Assembly (NCBI GenBank): GCA_963674595.2
Contig: CAXXFV010000006.1
Coordinates: forward strand, 1-64,000
Direction: 5' to 3'
Source of the DNA: a bacterium
GTDB taxonomy: Bacteria > Zhuqueibacterota > Zhuqueibacteria > Residuimicrobiales > Krinioviventaceae
Length of the DNA: 64,000 nucleotides
How positions within the stretch are numbered: position 1 is the first letter of the stretch; every line of letters begins with the position of its first letter. A program made the translations under genes and the position numbers. Below, piece by piece: positions 41,694-54,994 of the stretch. The notes beneath the pieces are model-generated. The model was not told the origin of the DNA. It searched no databases and saw only the letters and a program-made list of their open reading frames with translations.

Positions 41694-43229
41694 ATGTCAA
41701 TTTCTAATAATATGAATAAAATTCCCACCCCTGATGAACTTCGTAAAGATGTTTCTGATTTTTTGAAAAGCCGATATGGTGATAAAGTCGTTGTCCCTCC
41801 GGAACCGGATGCTGTTGGAAATGAACCCGGAGAAAAAAAAGAAACACCTAAAAAAACGACACAGATCAACTTTGATCTCAAACCGACAGAGCTTGAAAGT
41901 TATTTAAACCAATATATTGTTGGTCAGGATGACGCTGTTGAAGTGCTTTCTACAAAAATCTGTACACATTTTAATCGAATGAAATATGAAATGTCTATAG
42001 AGGGTGATAGTGAGTTAATCGGTAATATTAAAAGTAATGTTTTGATGATCGGACCAACCGGTGTTGGTAAAACATTTTTATTAAAACTGATTGCTAAAAA
42101 ACTTGGCGTGCCATTTGTTAAGGGTGATGCTACTAAATTTAGCGAGACCGGATATGTTGGTGGTGATGTAGAAGACCTGGTGAGAAATTTAGTACATGAG
42201 GCCAACGGAGATATTCATCTGGCTGAATACGGAATCGTGTATCTTGACGAGATCGATAAAATTGCTTCCAGCGGTAACGGTTATGGACCGGATGTTTCTC
42301 GCGGTGGGGTTCAGCGAAATTTACTGAAACTCATGGAAGAGGCAGAAGTGGATTTGAAAACACCTCACGACCTTGCCTCGCAAATGGAAGCTGCCATGGA
42401 AGCCCAGCGGACCGGTAAGGTGGACCGGAAAAAGATCAATACAAAAAATATTTTGTTTGTTATGAGCGGTGCTTTTTCAAATTTGCCTGATATTATTCGT
42501 CGCCGGTTGAATCAGCAACCGATAGGTTTTAAAAATAAAACAGAGGCAACCGATTTGGATGATTCAAATATCCAGATTTTGAAAAATGTTCGTTCCGAAG
42601 ATTTGATTCGTTTTGGTTTCGAGTCCGAATTTATCGGGAGATTACCTGTTGTTGTTACTTTAAATGATCTGGATGTTGAAGGATTATATCAGATATTGAA
42701 AAATCCCAACAGTACCGTTATTTTGGGCAAAAAACGTGATTTTAAGGCCTATGGAATTGATGTCGATTTTTCCGATAAAGCTTTATATCGTGTTGCTGAA
42801 CTTGCCAATGAGGAACATACAGGAGCACGAGGGCTTGTCAGTGTTGTTGACAGGGCATTGTTGAAATATGAAAAGGTGCTTCCGGATACGACGATAGAAA
42901 AATTTACAGTAAATGATGATATGATTGAAAATCCATTGCCCGAACTTGAAAAGATAATGACAAATTTTTATATTAAAAGTTTTCAAAAACGATTTTTGGC
43001 AACAAACGGTATTGTTATTATCTTTACGGAAGAAGCTGTGCAATTGTTAAATGAGCAGGCAAAAAAGGATGGCAGAAACCTGGAAGAAGAGTGTGCGAAC
43101 CTGTTACGGGATTATGAATATGGTTTGAAATTGTTGAAATGTGATGAATTTACTGTTGACGGAGAAATTGTTAGAAATCCCAAAGAACGGCTTGAAGAAT
43201 TGATTAAAAAGAATTACGAAAAACATTAA
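41694..43229 (+). CDS. ClpX-like AAA+ ATPase lacking the zinc-binding domain, with C-terminal extension
   Basis: GPTGVGKT, DATKFSETGYVGGDVE, YLDEIDK, IGF loop, EFIGRLP, TGARGL. Confidence 0.88.
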   Translation: MSISNNMNKIPTPDELRKDVSDFLKSRYGDKVVVPPEPDAVGNEPGEKKETPKKTTQINFDLKPTELESYLNQYIVGQDDAVEVLSTKICTHFNRMKYEMSIEGDSELIGNIKSNVLMIGPTGVGKTFLLKLIAKKLGVPFVKGDATKFSETGYVGGDVEDLVRNLVHEANGDIHLAEYGIVYLDEIDKIASSGNGYGPDVSRGGVQRNLLKLMEEAEVDLKTPHDLASQMEAAMEAQRTGKVDRKKINTKNILFVMSGAFSNLPDIIRRRLNQQPIGFKNKTEATDLDDSNIQILKNVRSEDLIRFGFESEFIGRLPVVVTLNDLDVEGLYQILKNPNSTVILGKKRDFKAYGIDVDFSDKALYRVAELANEEHTGARGLVSVVDRALLKYEKVLPDTTIEKFTVNDDMIENPLPELEKIMTNFYIKSFQKRFLATNGIVIIFTEEAVQLLNEQAKKDGRNLEEECANLLRDYEYGLKLLKCDEFTVDGEIVRNPKERLEELIKKNYEKH

Positions 43230-43287
43230 TTGTTACAGCCACACATAAATCAAAACATTATTTATTTTATTGACAAGGGATAATAGT

Positions 43288-43788
43288 ATGGATGTATTTG
43301 ACGCAATAAATAATAGGGCCAGTGTACGGACATTTAAAAATTTATCGGTATCCCGGGAAGATGTAAATGCCCTGATTGATGCCGGACGCCGGGCGCCTTC
43401 CGGACGTAATGTGCAGCCCTGGGAATTTGTGGTTATAACCGATGAAGAAATGCGGGTAAAAATAGCTGATATAACCAATTACGGAAAATTTATAGCTCAG
43501 GCCCCGGTTTGTATCGCTGTTTATTGTGAAGATACGAAATACTATTTGGAAGATGGTTGTGCGGCTGTTCAAAACATTTTGCTGGCAGCAACCGGTTTAG
43601 GTCTCGGCGCCTGCTGGGTTGCCGGTGATAAAAAACCGTATACGGGCGAAATCAATTCCTTGTTAAACGTTCCTGTTGTTTATAATTTGGTTGCTTTGAT
43701 TGCTGTCGGCCATCCGGATTCGCCTGTAAAAATTAAAGAGAAAAAATCTCTGGAAAACGTTTTACACTGGGAAAAATTTCGGCGCTAA
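43288..43788 (+). CDS. Nitroreductase family protein
   Basis: RASVRTF, APSGRNVQPWEF, QNILLAA..LGLGACW. Confidence 0.92.
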   Translation: MDVFDAINNRASVRTFKNLSVSREDVNALIDAGRRAPSGRNVQPWEFVVITDEEMRVKIADITNYGKFIAQAPVCIAVYCEDTKYYLEDGCAAVQNILLAATGLGLGACWVAGDKKPYTGEINSLLNVPVVYNLVALIAVGHPDSPVKIKEKKSLENVLHWEKFRR

Positions 43789-45629
43789 TGTTAATCCTGT
43801 CGAAACAACTGGAATTAAAACTGGCGCATCTTTCCACAAAACCGGGAGTTTACCAGTTTAAAGATAAAAGTGGGGGAATCATATACATCGGCAAAGCCAA
43901 GTCGCTGCGGAACAGGGTACGGTCATATTTTCAGCAGTCACGCAAAGTGGATGCAAAACTGTCTCGTTTGGTATCTAGAATACATGATCTCGAAGTCATC
44001 GTAACGGATTCCGAGGTTGAGGCTTTAATTTTGGAGGCCAATCTTGTTAAAGAGCACAAGCCCAGATATAATATTAATCTTAAAGATGATAAAAGCTTTC
44101 CCTATATTCGTGTGACCAATGAGCGGTTTCCACGCATTTTTCCAACGCGAAAAATTATCCGCGATGGATCACAATATTTTGGGCCTTATACAGATGTTCA
44201 AAGCATGCGTATGCTTTTAAAAACGATCAAGCGAATTTTTGCTGTTAGGACCTGTAACTACGATCTTGTTCAGGAAAAAATAGACCAGGGCAAGTTCAAG
44301 CTTTGTTTAAATTATCATATTAAAAGATGCTATGGGCCGTGCGAGGGTTTGATCGATGAAAAAGAGTACAATAATGTAATCGCCTATGTCATAAATTTCA
44401 TTAAAGGCCATACAAAACAAATTGAACACGATATCCGCGACCATATTGCGGAATTGGCGGCCCAGCTCCGTTTTGAGGAGGCCGCACGCTTGCGGGATCA
44501 GTTGAACTTTATTGAGATATTTCAACAAAAACAAAAGGTTGTGGACCAGTCTTTAACAGACCGAGACCTGCTTGCTGTTTCAACGGAAGCCGATGATTCC
44601 TGTTGTGTTGTGTTTAAAATACGTGATGGCAGGATTATTGCGAGACAACATTATTATTTAAACGGCGTTCAGGATGAAACCAAAGAAGCTGTTGTTACCG
44701 CTTTTTTAAAACAGTATTATTTAAAAAATGAAGAAATTCCCGGAGAAGTGATGCTGCCGGTTGAAATTGGCGATGAAATAAAAACGATAAATACCTGGCT
44801 TTTACAGAAAAGAAATGCCGAGATCAAATTTTCTCATCCTGTAAGAGGTGCAAAAGCGCATTTGTTGAAAATGTGTGAAAAAAATGCCAAGTTGTTACTG
44901 GATGAATTGAAGCTTGAAAAAATGCAATCGCCTGATTATATTACCAATTCTGTAAAAGCATTGCAAAGTGATTTAAAATTGGAACACCCGCCAAAACGAA
45001 TAGAGGGATTTGATATTTCAAATATCCAGGGAACGAACCCTGTTGCCTCTATGGTTTGTTTTGTAAACGGAGTTGCTAAAAAATCAGAATACCGGCGTTT
45101 TAAAATTCAATCAAAACAAACCCCGGACGATTTTTTAATGATGAAAGAGGCGGTATTTCGCCGGTACTCCCGTTTATTAAGGGAAAATAAATCACTACCT
45201 GATTTAATACTTATTGACGGCGGCAAAGGTCAGTTGAACGCTGCTTTACAGGGTTTGCATGAAGCCGGTGTTGAAAATATGCCGATTGCAGCCCTGGCAA
45301 AACGACTGGACGAGATTTTTGTTCCCGGATTTTCAGACCCGCAAAATATAAAACGCGGATCAGCCGGTTTGCACCTTTTACAGCGAATCCGTGATGAAGC
45401 ACACCGGTTTGCCGTTACATATCACAGGGCATTGCGAAAACAACGAACCCTGGTTTCTGTCCTGGAAAAAATACCGGGAGTCGGAGGGAAGCGAAGGGAC
45501 CTTTTATTAAAACATTTTGGTTCCGTAAAAAAAATAAAATCAGCACCAATGGAAGAAATTGAAAAAGTCGATGGCATTTCCAGTGAACTTGCTCGGGAAA
45601 TATATCTTTTTTTCAATCCAAAACAATAG
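43788..45629 (+). CDS. uvrC: Excinuclease ABC subunit C
   Basis: GIY-YIG PGVY...YIGKAK, FDISNIQG, DGGKGQ, RDEAHRFA, HhH. Confidence 0.97.
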   Translation: MLILSKQLELKLAHLSTKPGVYQFKDKSGGIIYIGKAKSLRNRVRSYFQQSRKVDAKLSRLVSRIHDLEVIVTDSEVEALILEANLVKEHKPRYNINLKDDKSFPYIRVTNERFPRIFPTRKIIRDGSQYFGPYTDVQSMRMLLKTIKRIFAVRTCNYDLVQEKIDQGKFKLCLNYHIKRCYGPCEGLIDEKEYNNVIAYVINFIKGHTKQIEHDIRDHIAELAAQLRFEEAARLRDQLNFIEIFQQKQKVVDQSLTDRDLLAVSTEADDSCCVVFKIRDGRIIARQHYYLNGVQDETKEAVVTAFLKQYYLKNEEIPGEVMLPVEIGDEIKTINTWLLQKRNAEIKFSHPVRGAKAHLLKMCEKNAKLLLDELKLEKMQSPDYITNSVKALQSDLKLEHPPKRIEGFDISNIQGTNPVASMVCFVNGVAKKSEYRRFKIQSKQTPDDFLMMKEAVFRRYSRLLRENKSLPDLILIDGGKGQLNAALQGLHEAGVENMPIAALAKRLDEIFVPGFSDPQNIKRGSAGLHLLQRIRDEAHRFAVTYHRALRKQRTLVSVLEKIPGVGGKRRDLLLKHFGSVKKIKSAPMEEIEKVDGISSELAREIYLFFNPKQ

Positions 45630-45700
45630 ATAAAAATTCGTATTTATCATCCAAGCTGAAAATACTTTAGAAAAACTTGTTGGAGATGATTGAGGAGCAG

Positions 45701-46990
45701 ATGATGAAAAAAATACTATTTTCACTTTTACTATACCTTGTATACATGGGCTGTGCCGGAAGCGGTTCTTTCGAACAGTCATCACCTGATACCTATAAAG
45801 AAATAGAATTAGCCATTAAATTGGACCCTAAAAATGCGGACCTTTATGTTGATTTGGGAAAATTGCATCGCGAAAATTCGGATTATGAAAACGCAATAAA
45901 GAATTATAATACTGCTTTAAACTTGCATCCGGGATATAACCCGGCTTTGGTTGAAAAAGGTTATGTTTTTTGGGCACAGGAAAAATACCGGGATGCTTTA
46001 GATTGTTTTAATACCGTTTTATATAGCTACCAGGCAAAGCAATATGCCGATTCCATCGCTGCTTTTATTGGTTTGCCCTTTGAAATTAAACAAGTGAGTG
46101 ACGGCATTGGCAATAATGCTTTTCCGTCCTGTTCTCCCGGCGGTGATAAACTTTTGTTCCAATCCAACCGAAGCGGTAATTGGGAAATTTACTGGATGGA
46201 CCTGGCAAGCCGGAAGGTCAAACAATTGACGAAAAACGGGGCTCGTAATGAAACACCTGTATTTCATAAAGACGGTGAAACTTTTGCCTATACTTCAACA
46301 GTTGATGATACGGTAAATATCCGTATAGAAGATATGGTTAGAGAAATTTATATGGGTAATATTTACAATTTCAAACCGTTACGCGTAACGCACAATTTAG
46401 TGGATGACTGGAACCCAATGTTTTCGAAATACCAGGATATTTTATATTACACCTCGCGTGAAAAGGTAAATGATATGGATGAATCTATTAGTGTTCATGC
46501 TTATCAATTAGCCACTCAACAAAGCAATAAAGTGTGGCAAGACAGTATATCTCTTTCTCTTGGAGATATGGTTTGCGAAAATACTTTTTATTATTCCAAA
46601 AAGAATCCCAATAAATTTAATATTTATCACAAAGACATGCTGACCGGGACAGAACAAAAAATACCCGCAACAGACGGCGATAATGTTGGCGCCAGAGTGT
46701 TTAATAACGGTTCGAAAATGGTGTTTTTTGCCAAGGTTGATCAAAATTATGATATTTATATAAAAGATCTGACCTCGGGAACGGTAAAAAAACTGACCTG
46801 TTCACCTGATATTGATGCTTTCCCCGATGTCACGTCGAATGGAAAAATTTATTTTCACAGTAACCGTAACGGCAGTTATCAAATTTATCAAATAGACCCG
46901 GCAAAAAGAGCTTCTGTAGATAATGTTCGAAAGACATTGCGTAAGGTTGTTTTGAACATAGAAAAGAAAAAAATAGAAAGTGGTTCCTAG
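45701..46990 (+). CDS. TPR + TolB/PD40-like beta-propeller lipoprotein
   Basis: Lipobox-like MGC; TPRs; FQSNRSGNWEIY and FHSNRNGSYQIY repeats. Confidence 0.8.
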   Translation: MMKKILFSLLLYLVYMGCAGSGSFEQSSPDTYKEIELAIKLDPKNADLYVDLGKLHRENSDYENAIKNYNTALNLHPGYNPALVEKGYVFWAQEKYRDALDCFNTVLYSYQAKQYADSIAAFIGLPFEIKQVSDGIGNNAFPSCSPGGDKLLFQSNRSGNWEIYWMDLASRKVKQLTKNGARNETPVFHKDGETFAYTSTVDDTVNIRIEDMVREIYMGNIYNFKPLRVTHNLVDDWNPMFSKYQDILYYTSREKVNDMDESISVHAYQLATQQSNKVWQDSISLSLGDMVCENTFYYSKKNPNKFNIYHKDMLTGTEQKIPATDGDNVGARVFNNGSKMVFFAKVDQNYDIYIKDLTSGTVKKLTCSPDIDAFPDVTSNGKIYFHSNRNGSYQIYQIDPAKRASVDNVRKTLRKVVLNIEKKKIESGS

Positions 46991-46993
46991 TAG

Positions 46994-47293
46994 CTACATT
47001 TTCATGTTCAAATCTTTTAAAATGTCTTCAAATTTTTTGGGCTGGGTTTTAAAATATTCGATTGTGGAAATAAATTCTTCTTTTGTAAAATTGTGCTGAT
47101 TTAATATAGAATCAAAAACGGTTGAGGCAAATTCTTTTTCCTGTTTATCAGTTGGTTTTGTTGTTGCTAAAAGATAATCCTGATAAACCTCTATGAATTT
47201 TTCCAGCTTTTCATCGCTAATCGTTTGTTGTTCTTGTTTTTTACCGCAATTTAAAAACAAAAAAAGAGTTAAAATAAATAATATGATTCTCAT
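46994..47293 (-). CDS. Small lipoprotein (DUF4296-like)
   Basis: FLNC lipobox, GGAGG SD, helical body. Confidence 0.6.
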   Translation of the reverse strand: MRIILFILTLFLFLNCGKKQEQQTISDEKLEKFIEVYQDYLLATTKPTDKQEKEFASTVFDSILNQHNFTKEEFISTIEYFKTQPKKFEDILKDLNMKM

Positions 47294-47453
47294 ATTTCCT
47301 CCGGGAAAATCCTCAAAAATCTAAACAAATAATCTGAGATAGTCAAGTTTGCAATTTAAAAATGGCTTGATTTTAAGTTGGAATTTTGATACTTTTTTCT
47401 GCTAAACTAAAAGTGTGAAATTTCAATTGCTTGTAAGGATCCTGTCTTAAAAG

Positions 47454-49966
<2,513 letters not shown>

Positions 49967-49998
49967 AAAATCGTTAACCAACAAAATCCGGAGGAATT

Positions 49999-50343
49999 GT
50001 GAATTCATTATTTATGTTTGTTTTAGCAATGGCTGGTTCATCTCAGCAGGGTGGACAAGGTGGAAATCCGATTGGCGCTTTATTACCTATTATTTTAATT
50101 TTCGGTATTATGTATTTGTTAATTTTCCGCCCGCAGGCAAAAAAGCAAAAAGAACACAAAAAAATGCTGGAAAGCGTTGAAAAAGGTGATAACATTGTAA
50201 CAATCGGTGGAATTTACGGAACAGTTGTCGGTTTGAAAAAAGACAATACCGTCATGATTGTAAAAATTGCCGATAATGTTAAAGTTGAAATGACACGCAG
50301 TTCAATCGCCCGTAAAATCGTGGCTGAAGAAGAAAAAAACTAG
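49999..50343 (+). CDS. yajC: Preprotein translocase subunit YajC
   Basis: TM + RPQ.K, GD.IVTIGGIYG; follows tgt. Confidence 0.94.
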   Translation: MNSLFMFVLAMAGSSQQGGQGGNPIGALLPIILIFGIMYLLIFRPQAKKQKEHKKMLESVEKGDNIVTIGGIYGTVVGLKKDNTVMIVKIADNVKVEMTRSSIARKIVAEEEKN

Positions 50344-50347
50344 TATT

Positions 50348-51272
50348 ATGAAAATTGTTTTTATGGGAACACCTGATTTTGCTGTTCCCTCTTTAAAAAT
50401 TCTTGCTCAACACCATCAGGTATGCGCTGTTGTCACAGTGCCGGATAAACCTGCGGGCCGCGGGCAAAAAATGCGTCAAAGCGACATTAAAAAAACGGCG
50501 ATTGCTTTAAACATTCCGGTCCTTCAGCCGGAAAGTCTCAAGGACCCGGATTTTATCGAGCAATTAAAGTCTTTTAATGCAGAACTGTTTTTTGTTGTCG
50601 CTTTTCGAATTTTACCGGCAGTTGTTTTTACGCTTCCTTCCAAAGGAACGATCAACCTGCATGCATCGCTGCTGCCTTCTTTTAGAGGAGCGGCGCCGAT
50701 TAACTGGGCTCTGATAAACGGTGAAAAGCAGACCGGTGTGACCACATTTTTCATTGAAGAAAAAGTCGATACCGGTAAAATATTGCTGCAGCAATCCCTT
50801 GACATTACACCAAATATGACGGCCGGAGAGCTGCATGATGCTTTAGCAGAGCTGGGCGCAGAGGTTGTTTTAAAACACCGTGAACGGTATTGATAATGAA
50901 ACGCTATCAGCCGTAATACAGGAAGGTACGGTTACCCAGGCCCCGAAAATTACCAAAGAGATATGTGAAATTGATTGGAGCAAATCTGCCCTTGATATTC
51001 ATAATTTTATTCGAGGATTGTCGCCTTATCCGGCTGCTTTTACCTGGTACAAAAATAAAAATCTGAAAATTACAAAGTCTTTGCTGCATAACCAAGATAA
51101 ATCCGGTCAGCCTGGTGAAATTGTAAACATTGAAAAAAATGGGCCTGTTTATATTCAAACAGGGCAGGGTATTGTTGCTGTTTTGGAAATCAAGCCTGAA
51201 GGGAAAAAAATCATGTCTGCGGCTGATTTTGTTCGGGGGTATCGTCTTGAACCCGGCGAGACTTTGGGCTGA
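50348..51272 (+). CDS. fmt: Methionyl-tRNA formyltransferase, frameshift near 50867-50876
   Basis: MGTPDFA, NLHASLLP..RGAAPI; C-terminal APKITKE..IDW, RGLSPYP in the second ORF. Removing one base in TTTTAAAA restores the frame. Confidence 0.93.
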
Positions 51273-51275
51273 TTT

Positions 51276-52622
51276 ATGGTAAAACCTGCACCAAATGCGA
51301 AATCCGTACGTTTACATTCTCTTGAAATTTTAAAAAGAATAGAGTTTGATGGCGCTTATACGGACCTTGTTCTTTCACAACTGTTCAGGAATGATGAAAT
51401 ACCTGCAAAAGACCGTGCCTTTATTTCGGAACTAATTCGGGGAACGGTCCGTTGGAAGAAATATCTGGACTGGATTGTCGGTCACTTTTGGCAGGATGGC
51501 CGCAAAAAACTGGATAAAAACATTCGGCTTGTGCTTTGGATGGGTCTTTATCAGTTGGCGTTTATGCGTGTACCGGAATTTGCCGCCGTGAATGAAAGCG
51601 TTGAACTGGCGAAAAAAATAGCCGGCAAACCGTGGCCCGGTATTGTGAATGCTATTTTAAAAAATTTTCTTCGTAATAAAAGTAAAATCAAACTTCCGGA
51701 CCGTCAGCAGAAACCTGTGCAATATCTGGCTGTTAAATACAGTCATCCTGAGTGGCTGGTGGAGCACTGGTTAAAAAGAATGGAGGTTGTGCAGGTTGAG
51801 GCGCTTTGTAAAGCGAATAATGAAATTCCTCAATTAACGGTCCGTTATAATTCTTTAAATAAAAGTTGTTCAGATTTTGAAAATATTTTAAATGAGAATG
51901 GTGTTGAATTTTCTAAAGGAGATATTGACGGTTTTTATAAAGTAAAGAATTTAACCTATACTATTCAGCTTGAGTTGATGCAAAAAGGATTACTGACGGT
52001 TCAGGACCAAAGTGCGGGCATACCGGCGCTTTTGGCAGCGCCCAAACCCGGACAACGAATTTTAGATGTCTGCGCCGCACCGGGAGGCAAGTCTGTTTTC
52101 CTTGCCGAACTGTCCAATGATCAGGCTGTTATTATAGCCGGTGATTTAAATTTTTCACGCATAAAGCTGATAAAGGAAACGTCTCAACGGTTAAGTTTGA
52201 ATTCCATAAAAACTGTTCAGGCCGATGCAGCCTGTTTTCCGGCTAAACAAGCTGATATTGTTATGGTCGATGCGCCCTGTTCCGGTCTGGGAGTTCTGGC
52301 AAAAAAGCCGGATATTCGCTGGCAGCGTTCGCTTAATGATATTTACGAATTATCAAAATTACAGCTTTTATTATTGGAAAAAAATTTACAACTTGTTAAA
52401 CCAGGTGGTTTTCTAGTTTACAGCACATGTACCATTGAACCAACTGAAAATGAACATGTCATTGAAAAATTTTTAAAAAAACACCAGAATTGTGAAATCA
52501 TTCCTCCTGACAGGGATTTGGTACCATCATCATTGGTAGATTCTAAAAACATGGTACATACTTGTCCGGGAAAAAATAATATGGATGGAAGTTTTTCAGT
52601 TAAAATTAAAGTAAAAACATGA
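51276..52622 (+). CDS. rsmB: 16S rRNA m5C967 methyltransferase
   Basis: NusB-like N-terminus, DVCAAPGGK, DAPCSG, YSTCT. Confidence 0.95.
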   Translation: MVKPAPNAKSVRLHSLEILKRIEFDGAYTDLVLSQLFRNDEIPAKDRAFISELIRGTVRWKKYLDWIVGHFWQDGRKKLDKNIRLVLWMGLYQLAFMRVPEFAAVNESVELAKKIAGKPWPGIVNAILKNFLRNKSKIKLPDRQQKPVQYLAVKYSHPEWLVEHWLKRMEVVQVEALCKANNEIPQLTVRYNSLNKSCSDFENILNENGVEFSKGDIDGFYKVKNLTYTIQLELMQKGLLTVQDQSAGIPALLAAPKPGQRILDVCAAPGGKSVFLAELSNDQAVIIAGDLNFSRIKLIKETSQRLSLNSIKTVQADAACFPAKQADIVMVDAPCSGLGVLAKKPDIRWQRSLNDIYELSKLQLLLLEKNLQLVKPGGFLVYSTCTIEPTENEHVIEKFLKKHQNCEIIPPDRDLVPSSLVDSKNMVHTCPGKNNMDGSFSVKIKVKT

Positions 52623-53398
52623 AAAAAATATCAATTAAAAAACAAGGCATTATCAAGTTTTTAAAAATATCCAGTATTACACTGGTGAGCATCATCATAC
52701 TTTTTTGTCTGTTTGATTGGTTTATAATGCCCATTTACACACGTCATTGGAATGCCGTAGATGTTCCCAATGTCACGCATTTAAGCTTTGATGCGGCTAA
52801 GAAAATTTTGAATAAAGCCGGGCTTGAGGCTGTTAAAGGCAGTGAAAAGTTTGATGAAAATTATCCGCCGGGTTTTGTATTATTTCAAAATCCGGAGGCA
52901 AGTTTTAGTGTTAAAAAAGGACGGCGTATATATTTGACCATAGGAAAAGGTCAGCGTACTTTTGAAATGCCGAAATTGGTTGGGATTTCCGAAAGAGATG
53001 CCAAATTTGTTCTTGCTCAAAACAACCTCAAAGTTGGTCAAATTACCTATGAAAGTGATGATTTTTATCCGGAAGGAGTTGTTTCCGAACAATCGGTTAA
53101 AGAAAATCATCTTGTTGCTGTCAGAGAAAAAATTTCCCTTACAGTTAGCCTGGGTGGAGAGCCGACAGAATTTATTGTGCCGGATATTATCGGCAAATCT
53201 AAAGATGATGCTGTTGTACGCATCATCAAAGCCGGTTTGACTTTGGGAGAAATTAAATTTCAGGCAACAAACAAACTATTGCCCAATACGGTCATTGATC
53301 AATCTTTGGAAGCCGGACTTGATGTACAAAAGGGAGATACGTTGGCGATTATTGTCAGTAAACTGCCCCAGTTAAAGGAGGATGAAATAAAGTGGTAA
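52619..53398 (+). CDS. Membrane-anchored PASTA domain protein (3 PASTA)
   Basis: TM followed by VPNV, MPKLVG and VPDIIG repeats. Confidence 0.9.
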   Translation: MKKISIKKQGIIKFLKISSITLVSIIILFCLFDWFIMPIYTRHWNAVDVPNVTHLSFDAAKKILNKAGLEAVKGSEKFDENYPPGFVLFQNPEASFSVKKGRRIYLTIGKGQRTFEMPKLVGISERDAKFVLAQNNLKVGQITYESDDFYPEGVVSEQSVKENHLVAVREKISLTVSLGGEPTEFIVPDIIGKSKDDAVVRIIKAGLTLGEIKFQATNKLLPNTVIDQSLEAGLDVQKGDTLAIIVSKLPQLKEDEIKW

Positions 53399-54051
53399 AA
53401 ATAGCCCCGTCAATTTTAAGCGCTGATTTTTCGAAATTACCAGAACAGATTGATGCCATCAACAAGAGCAGCGCTGACTGGATTCATCTTGATATTATGG
53501 ATGGAAATTTTGTCCCCAATATTACTTTTGGGCCGCTTGTTGTTAAAGGTGTGCGTAAATTATCCTCCTTGCCGCTGGATGTTCACCTGATGATAGCAAA
53601 CCCGGATGATTACATTGATGACTTTTATAAGGCCGGTGCGGATATTATTACTGTCCATTATGAAACCTGTACCCATTTATGGCGGACTTTGGAGTATATA
53701 AAGAGTTTGAATATTAAAGCCGGTGTTACCTTGAATCCGGCCACACCCGTAAATTTATTGGACCCGGTCCTGGACCTGGTTGATATGGTGCTTATTATGT
53801 CTGTTGAGCCTGGATTCGGCGGACAGAAATTTATTCCAGAGATGATGGAAAAAGCCGCTTATTTACACAACAAAAAGATTGAAAAAAAATTGAATTTTGA
53901 TATTGAAATTGACGGCGGTATTGATCCGGAAACGGCTCCATTGGTAGTTGAAAAAGGTGTTAATATTCTTGTTGCCGGCAGTTTTGTTTTTAAAAATAAC
54001 CAAATTGAGCAGAATATAAAATCTCTTCGGGACTCGATTTCCGGGAGATAA
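53392..54051 (+). CDS. rpe: Ribulose-phosphate 3-epimerase
   Basis: IAPSILSADF, HLDIMDG.FVPN, MSVEPGFGGQ, DGGI. Confidence 0.97.
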   Translation: MVKIAPSILSADFSKLPEQIDAINKSSADWIHLDIMDGNFVPNITFGPLVVKGVRKLSSLPLDVHLMIANPDDYIDDFYKAGADIITVHYETCTHLWRTLEYIKSLNIKAGVTLNPATPVNLLDPVLDLVDMVLIMSVEPGFGGQKFIPEMMEKAAYLHNKKIEKKLNFDIEIDGGIDPETAPLVVEKGVNILVAGSFVFKNNQIEQNIKSLRDSISGR

Positions 54052-54157
54052 GAGCCAATTTAAATATCACTTGCTTAATTTACAGCGAGTTGTTATATTC
54101 ATCGTGATTAAATGTAGATATTATATTTTCAAGTAAACCACCAAGAGGAGAGCCCAA

Positions 54158-54358
54158 ATGCTTCGGGGCAAAGTAAAATGGTTTGATGAAACCAAAGGAT
54201 TTGGTTTTTTAGAACAAGAAGATGGCGATGATGTATTTGTACATTATACTGCCATTGAAATGGATGGGTTTAAAACTCTTAAAGAGGGAACGGAAGTAGT
54301 ATTTGAAGTAACAACCGGCGAACGTGGATTGCAGGCAACCAAAGTTACAACCGGTTGA
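54158..54358 (+). CDS. Cold-shock protein (CspA family)
   Basis: GKVKWF..KGFGF (RNP1), DVFVHY (RNP2). Confidence 0.96.
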   Translation: MLRGKVKWFDETKGFGFLEQEDGDDVFVHYTAIEMDGFKTLKEGTEVVFEVTTGERGLQATKVTTG

Positions 54359-54382
54359 CTGCTGAAAATAGAATAACACATT

Positions 54383-54410
54383 AACCCCGCACTATGATTG
54401 TGGGGTTTTT
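54383..54410 (+). terminator. csp terminator
   Basis: AACCCCGCA-ctatgat-TGTGGGGTT followed by TTT. Confidence 0.8.
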
Positions 54411-54532
54411 AGTGTCTGATTTTACTTGATACCTGTCCGGAATTTACATAAAACTATGAAACCTTTTTTTTATCTTGTTGTATACTGAAAGTAAAATGAT
54501 TAATTAATATTTAAACTTGTCATGGAAGTTCT

Positions 54533-54976
54533 ATGAAAAAAGTTTTTGCTGAAAAGGATATTAAAAAAATTGCCAAGGTTCTAAATGTTGAACCGAAATT
54601 CAAGGGAAATAATTACCGATTTGTGATTAATAATGAGAGTAAAAATCTCCATATTTCTCTTGAAATTTATCCCGATATTCAAATTGGCGAAAAAACCGGA
54701 AATTTAATTTCCGTATATGCGCCCAGCGCACATTTGCAGCTTCATTTTTGTACCGGATATGTTATCAGTGATATGTTGGGTGAAGTGACTTTTATTGGCG
54801 AATGCGGCGGCAAAGTGTCCGGGTTAATTATAGAAAAAGAAGCCGGCTGTTCTTTATATTCTAACGTTGACAGTTCGATTTTATCCGGAGATTTTACAAC
54901 ATTGGGACCTGAGGTTATGCTTTCCGGTGTTGCACTTTCGCTGGCTGAAGAACTTTTACCCGGCAAAGTCGAATAA
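54533..54976 (+). CDS. Hypothetical protein
   Basis: 147-aa ORF co-oriented with and 18 nt upstream of xerD; no motif recognised. Confidence 0.7.
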   Translation: MKKVFAEKDIKKIAKVLNVEPKFKGNNYRFVINNESKNLHISLEIYPDIQIGEKTGNLISVYAPSAHLQLHFCTGYVISDMLGEVTFIGECGGKVSGLIIEKEAGCSLYSNVDSSILSGDFTTLGPEVMLSGVALSLAEELLPGKVE

Positions 54977-54994
54977 TTTTATGATTTTTGATAT

